This document shows, piece by piece, positions 56,501 through 64,000 of a stretch of DNA of 64,000 bases. Position numbers and translations under genes: made by a program. The DNA is from the human T2T-CHM13v2.0 reference genome, Homo sapiens. The notes beneath the pieces were generated by a model, which saw only the letters and a list, made by a program, of their open reading frames with translations, searched no databases and was not told the DNA's origin. Numbering within the stretch: the stretch's first letter is position 1; every line of letters starts with the position of its first letter. The DNA lies in the NCBI RefSeq assembly GCF_009914755.1, contig NC_060935.1. One strand, 5' to 3'.

Positions 56501-57169
56501 CCCGCCACTGGGGACAGGCCACCCTCCCTCCTGGTTACTGGCCCCCTCTGAGCCCCAGACAAAAGGGCCTCTCACTTGCTTACATATTTTCCCACATGTG
56601 AGCCAGCAATTGGAAACTTCCTCCCGATAACTGCAAACCTCGGAGCTGGAATTTATGAGAAGGGGCTTCGGGTGACGTCGGCGGCCTGGGCACACCCAGG
56701 CGCACAAGGCAGGCCTTTCATGAGGAGCTGCCCGGGCGGCGTGGCTGAGCTGATGAGAAGTGTCCCCAAGACCCACCTGCAGATCCAGCGGGCCAGCTGC
56801 CACTTGGGCAGGAAGGGGCTCTGGGCAGCCCTGGGCCACAGGACAATAGTCAGGTGGCAGGAACGACAGTCAGTGTGGTTTCTGTCCCTGTGTAAGCTGC
56901 CCACTGTGTGGATTTGAGAGGGGCAGGGGGCACGGTGTTACAGACACACCCTGCTGCTGGGGCAGCCTGCTAAAATTCTCCCAGGGATACGCCTGTCCAT
57001 ACCTGGTTACCTGGGTCACTCTGTCTTCTGCCTGGGAGAGGCGGGGAGGACGTGGGAACCCGCTGGCTGAGACATCAAGCTGGAATTGTCCCACCTGTGT
57101 GCTGCAGGACTGGGGATGCTATAGGATTCTGTCTCCCAGAACAGCAGCCACCAGTCATCCGTGGCCTCC

Positions 57170-57803
<634 letters not shown>

Positions 57804-57929
57804 CCGAAGGGGAGCCAGTCCCGGGCTGAGGTCCTCATCTGTTTCCTACCCTGACTCCCAGGGCAGGTCCGGCTCTGCTGGGGGGCCTGTCTGCCACAGG
57901 ACTTGATGAGGAGGGGAAAGACTGGCACC

Positions 57930-58100
57930 CACCAAGCACTTTCGACATGTCAGGCACTGGGCTAGGCGCTTGGCCTCGATATTCTTATTTAAGTTGCATA
58001 ACAACCCGGTAAGACAAGGACTACTACTGCGCCATTTTACAGACAAGGAAATTGAGGCTGGTTGAGGTGAATCAACTTGTGCAAAGTCCCAGAATCTCCA
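57930..58100 (-). mobile_element. MIR
   Basis: ccattttacagacaaggaaattgaggct...acttgtgcaaagtc. Confidence 0.8.
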
Positions 58101-60237
58101 CCCGGGCAGTATTGCCTGAGCTCTTGCTCAGCCAACAAGCCCCACTACCCCCACACACCCATGGGCCTCTTGCAACAACACCTTCCCCACATAGGGTCAT
58201 GGGGAGCCTGAAGTGTGCAGGGGCAGTGGAGGGCATCTTTCTGAGGGCATCCTGCCCCTGAAGCCCAAGGAGGAATCACCCTCATGGCTCACCGAGAAGG
58301 ATTGGCAACCCTCAGTCTTGTGGACTGAAGACTCATTTTGGAGCCACTCCAGGGTTGAGGCAGAGTGTGCTCCCAAGGGGTGGTTGCGCCCTGGCTCACG
58401 GCCCTGAACACAGTAGGTCTTCAACTAATACAGCAGGAAGAAATGGTGCCAGGACGGCTCTCCACGTTGGAAGTTCTTCCTTGTTAGCCCAAGCCAGGCT
58501 CCTTTGAGGATATCATTCAGATTATTACTTTGCTTGGGGCAGGGTCCCAGGCACAGCTCCGGGCATGGGTGCAGGGATCACACTGGACACACCAGATTCA
58601 GACCCTTCCAGAGCCCCTTCCCTGCTGCAGGGGGCAGAAAAGAACAGATAAGCGATGGTGCATAGTGGGGCAGCAGCTACCCCCAGACTTAAGAAGAGGA
58701 CCAGGACATTTTTCGGGTTTCTGGTCAATTAAATGGAACGCCAAGCAGAGTCATGTTCTCAGCATCTATGTTTAACAAATCTATACTTCAAATGCACACC
58801 CTCTCTGCTGAAAGAACACAGTCCCATCGAAGTATTTTTGCCTGATGGGAGGGATTAGAATTTTCGTGGCAACATTACATCACTTTAGACCAAAGCGACA
58901 GTGTCTGGGAAGACAGAGCTGGTTCTGCACGTACCTCCGCTCCACAGTCACGGACACTGAGGTGCTCAGGGGTCGGCGCTCAGGATCACTGGGCAGCCGT
59001 ACGTGTCCCAGGCAGCGGGAGCCCCGGCAGTGCCAGCTCCCACACCATCCGGCTGTGACAACCTCAGGTCCTTGATGACAGGGAGCCTCTGCCAAGACGG
59101 TCCGAAAATTGGGAAGGGGACCCGCTCATCTTTGTGGGGTCCCCAAGAGCTTCAGATAAGTTTGCTGAGCACCGGCTTCCTGATCACATTTCACATTTGA
59201 CCAAACGATGTTCCTCTGCAGCCTCCCTCCCTTGGTCCCCAAATTGGCAGCACTTTCTAGAAGCTAGATGCAGAGGATGTCCTTTGTCAAGGGAAAAAGA
59301 AGTGTTTCCTTTGGGATAAAAGGACACACACACGAGTGTTTATGCACATGCAGATACGTCTGCCTCTCTCTATGGACATGTATAGAGATTTGGTTGTTTA
59401 TGCATAAAATATCCCTGCATGGATACCCAGGAAACTGGTAATGTCAGTTGCCTTTAGGGAGGAAAACTAGGGGTCTGGGAGTCTTAAGTAGGAGAATTTT
59501 TTAACCATATTTTATATTTTTTTAAATTGTTCTACTCTGAGAAAATTTGAAAGTGTATAAAAAGCAAGCTCTGAGCCCCTTGTCTTCAACCCCGGGGCCT
59601 CTCTTGCCTGAAGTCCTGCCATGAAGATGAATCTCTGCCTGTACCCAGTTCCGTCAGGGTCCTGCTAAGGGGTGAGCAGAGGACACCACACCGAGGGGCC
59701 ACCCATTGTCTCCCAACCTCGGTTCCCAGGACTCCCGTCCCCACGGGCCCTCTAGACTCTGTGAGGCTGTGATTCTGGGCAGGGTGAAGCCGGACATGCC
59801 GCAGGGCCGATGCCGGCCGTTGTGGAACCAGCCCTGGAATCTCAAAAATGTCCTGTGGTCAGGCCTGAGCTTTGTTAGTGACTCAGCAGAAAGCACCCAG
59901 CCCTGGCCCCGTGGCAGGTAGGCCAGCCCCAACCTGGGGTGCAGCCTCAGGCCTCCAGCGTCCAGAGCCCAGGCCTGTGGGGATGTGGGCCCAGTGGGTG
60001 AGTGGCCACTGTCCAGACCCTCTGTCTCAGCGAGGCATCAAAGGCTGGCAGAGTTGGCTGCTGGGGGAGCCCCTGGATGGGGCCAGAGCCCCGGCTCTGG
60101 GCTGAACTGTGTCCTGACCTGCTGACTGACTTCCAAGGCCTCAGTTTCCCCATTCACAGGAGAAGACCAACTGCATGTAAGCAGAAGCCTGACATTAGAA
60201 ATGCAGCTGTTCTGTGATGCAGGTGGCGTGCTTGTCA

Positions 60238-60693
<456 letters not shown>

Positions 60694-61066
60694 TCAGCTG
60701 CCGCCAGCACCTTGAGGCTGCTGAATACCACCTGTCCCATCACTGACACGATGCTTCCACTCTGCTTATTTTCTTAAATAAATGTACTTTTACTGGCTAC
60801 TTGATAGCACTGCCATATGTGGTGGATCAACGTCACTTGCCATAAATAGATTACACATTAAAAGTCACCCTTCACAATAGGGCTAAAACCCAGCCATCTG
60901 TGTCCCACCCCAAATCAGCTCACACAGCCCCAGATTTGGGGACACAGTGAGATGAAGACATAAGTAACAAGCTTCGTATGCAATGATGGTAGAAAGGCAG
61001 GCAGAGGCGACACGATTTGCTCATTTAATTCTGCAAGCTTGGTGTTAGGGTTCACTTATGGCTGCC

Positions 61067-61082
61067 TTTCTTTTCTTTCTTT

Positions 61083-61133
<51 letters not shown>

Positions 61134-61199
61134 CTCTCTTTCTTTCTTCTTTCTTTCTCTCTCTCTCTCTTTCTTTCTTTCTCTCTCTTTCTTCCTTCC

Positions 61200-61220
<21 letters not shown>
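61067..61220. repeat. (TTTC)n/(TC)n compound microsatellite derived from an Alu tail
   Basis: Read directly. Confidence 0.95.
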
Positions 61221-61502
<282 letters not shown>

Positions 61503-61999
61503 TGCCTTTCTTATTAGGGGATTTTTAAAATTCCAGTTAAAATCAGCAAAGTCCAGACAGAGGTGTTCTACACCTTCATGTTAACAAAATTATTTTAAAA
61601 TGAGAAAAGCAGGTGCTGGGGAGGATGTGATGAAGCCAACGCTCACGCAGGCATCAGCAGGTTCACACGTGTGAAGCACGCATGTGCTCAGGAAGGGTTG
61701 GTTAGCATGATTATCATATCCTGTCGGTGGTAACTATAAACTGGATCAGGACCGAGGGAAAACAGTACAGAAATAACAACTACTGAGCCAGGGCCATGAA
61801 AATGTACGCAGCCCCAAAGCTAATGATTCTAGGCCTAAACACTGATCCCAAGGAAATAGTCTCCCCGCCCCATGTAACGAGGCCCCTGCTGAGACAGACC
61901 TGCTGATCGTCGTCGTCCACGTCCTGTTATTTCAATGCTCGTCGCTCACCCTGCCCCAGCCCACCGAAACTCCCGCATTTCCCCACCAGTCAAGCTCTC

Positions 62000-62372
62000 G
62001 TGTTGGGGGCTTTGCGCTTTCTTGAAGCAACTTCCCCAACCCTGGCATCCAGGTTTTCCCTCCGGCACCCCTCCACCCCTGCTCAGACCGCCCCCCTCAG
62101 GAAGGTCAGAGCTGGCCCTGGTATCCACAGAGGCACCTGCCCAATCCCCCCGCACTCCTTTGCCTGTGTGTTTTTCTCCAGAGCACTTATGCCCACCCAA
62201 CATGGTCCATCTCATGGTTACTTACTGTTTATTTGGTTTATTGTTCATCTCCCTGAACTACAGAATGTCAGCTCCTGAGGATGGTGACTTGTTCACCGCT
62301 GCACCCTCAGCACCCAAAGGAGAATCTGGCGGTCAGGAAATGCTCGGTGGATGTTTGTTGAATGAATAAATG
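62000..62372 (+). mobile_element. L2 3' fragment
   Basis: gaatgtcagctcctgagg...ttgttcaccgctgcaccctcagcaccc...gtttgttgaatgaataaatga. Confidence 0.85.
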
Positions 62373-63321
62373 ATGCTGACAATGGAGACCGTCCAAACGT
62401 CTAAGCCAGTTAGCGTGCAGACACTCAACCCACCATGTGGAAACATGGGAACCCACTGAGAGGGAAAGGCAGAGGTGGACGTGCACCTGCGGCGATTAAT
62501 TAAATCCACGTGAATGTGTTCACAACCTTTGCAAGGAGCACAGACACAGGGCGTGAGAGGACAGAGGACACATTCTCCCTTTCTGTCGCCGAGATCTGAG
62601 CAGCCCAGGGTGAAACTATCCACTCAGCAAGACCTTACAAGAAAATCAAACAGCCCATGCACTGCTTTGATCTGCGTCCTTGCTGGCAGGAGGGCTGGGA
62701 CTGGCCAGGCCTGGCTCTGGTCAGCCACCCCATTGGCAGGACCCTGCCAGTGGCCTGCCGTGTGTCTCTGTGTCCTGGGTCTCTCAGTGGTGTGGCAGTC
62801 CTCGGCTGGATGGCATCCAAAGTCCTTTCCATTTCCAACCAGGTTGAACAGCGTAGGTGGCTTCCTTTGAGTTGAGTCGCCTGGCCAGGGTAAGACAGCG
62901 GTGAGGGCCCAGCCAGGTCCCATCTGTAAGTCGGAAGCAGGTGGGAGGGTGAAATTCCTGGCCCAGCCCTGGGGTGAGTCTCCTTACGGATGCACCAAAT
63001 GGAACAAGCCATGAGAACTGCCATGCAATGGTTGGGGTCCTTCGGGGAGAACTGCCGTAAACACCTGCTTGGGATCTAAAGCAGACTGTGGGTCTCGGGT
63101 GAACAGAAGGCATGCCTCTCACTCTGCCTCGAGCATGTGCAAGCTTCAGGATCTTCACAGTGACACTAGGGACGGGGACCTTTGGAATAGTATTATGAGA
63201 CCTGAAAAAAATAACATGTGGGTGTCAGACCCATGCCAGGGCTGAGTGGATCATTAGATAATCATTATCATCATTTTTGTCATTGTTATCTCCATCCTGG
63301 CAACTCCAACTGGATGCTCTT

Positions 63322-63688
63322 ATTATTAATATTATTTTGCATTGAGTATTAATTATTAATATTATTAACTGACTAATATTAATTATGTAAACATTATTAT
63401 GCATTGTTAATATTATTAATATTCATATTTATTATTAATATTATTTTGCAAGGACAAATGATAATTGTATATTAATATTATTTTGCATTGACAAATGGTG
63501 ATTGTATGTTAATATTATTTTGCATTGACAAGTAGTAATTGTATATTAACATTATTTTGCACTGACAAATGGTAATTGTATATTTATGTGATGCGTTGAT
63601 ACCTGTGAGCAAGGAGATGGATATGTTAATAGCTTGATTGAATCATTCCCTATTGTATGTGTTTATCAAAACATTACACTGCACCCCA
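63322..63688 (-). mobile_element. Short L1MA-type 3' end with an internal inversion
   Basis: Plus-strand gatggatatgttaatagcttgattgaatcattcc...tgcacccca beside minus-strand terminal cataaatatacaattaccatttgtca. Confidence 0.6.
63434..63581. repeat. 37-bp AT-rich tandem repeat x4 (attaatattattttgcattgacaaatggtaattgtat)
   Basis: Units start at 63434, 63471, 63508, 63545. Confidence 0.93.
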
Positions 63689-64000
63689 CTGGACCCTTGA
63701 ATCTCATCATCTGATGGTGGGCTTCGTTCAGGCCAACAGAGAAGAGTGGGGTGGCTGCTTCTGGAAGCCTTTCTTCTGATGATTGTAGGGGGAATTCTCC
63801 TAGCAGCCCTCTTTCTCATTCTTAGAATATGTCTGAGTTCTGAAAGCAATGTGGCAAGGCTGAGGAGAATCCTTTGAGGGCCCAACTGTCCTGACTTCAA
63901 GGTCCTAACACCTCCTTAGAGTTGACTTAAGTACACACAAAGATCTGTGCACAGATGTGTGTAGAGTCTGTATTCTTAAACACCCCAGACTAGAAACAAC

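Noticed and set aside
61662-61675. Perfect 14-bp palindrome ttcacacgtgtgaa containing an E-box
   Set aside because: A few palindromes of this length are expected by chance in 64 kb, and it lies in probable decayed L1.

Overview
Primate non-coding genomic DNA, catarrhine and probably human, judged from AluJ/S/Y, THE1B/C, MLT1/2, MIR, L2, old L1M and MER DNA transposons. About half the window is recognisable interspersed repeat; the rest is GC-rich unique sequence with several minisatellites. I cannot support any protein-coding exon, RNA gene or CRISPR array. The ORF-track hits are explained by Alus, tandem repeats or GC-rich chance. The window looks like an intergenic or intronic regulatory region. 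Notable structures: (1) a 74-bp-arm fold-back inverted duplication inside a MIR (21753-21942); (2) a segment at ~5610-5990 copied in two overlapping pieces to ~3855 and ~9515; (3) several minisatellites, one built of KLF/SP-like boxes; (4) a repeat-free block with clustered PBX-HOX/HOX motifs near 56.0-56.5 kb; (5) a short old L1 3' end with twin-priming-like inversion geometry. Repeat family names come from recalled consensus sequences, not a database search, and boundaries are approximate.
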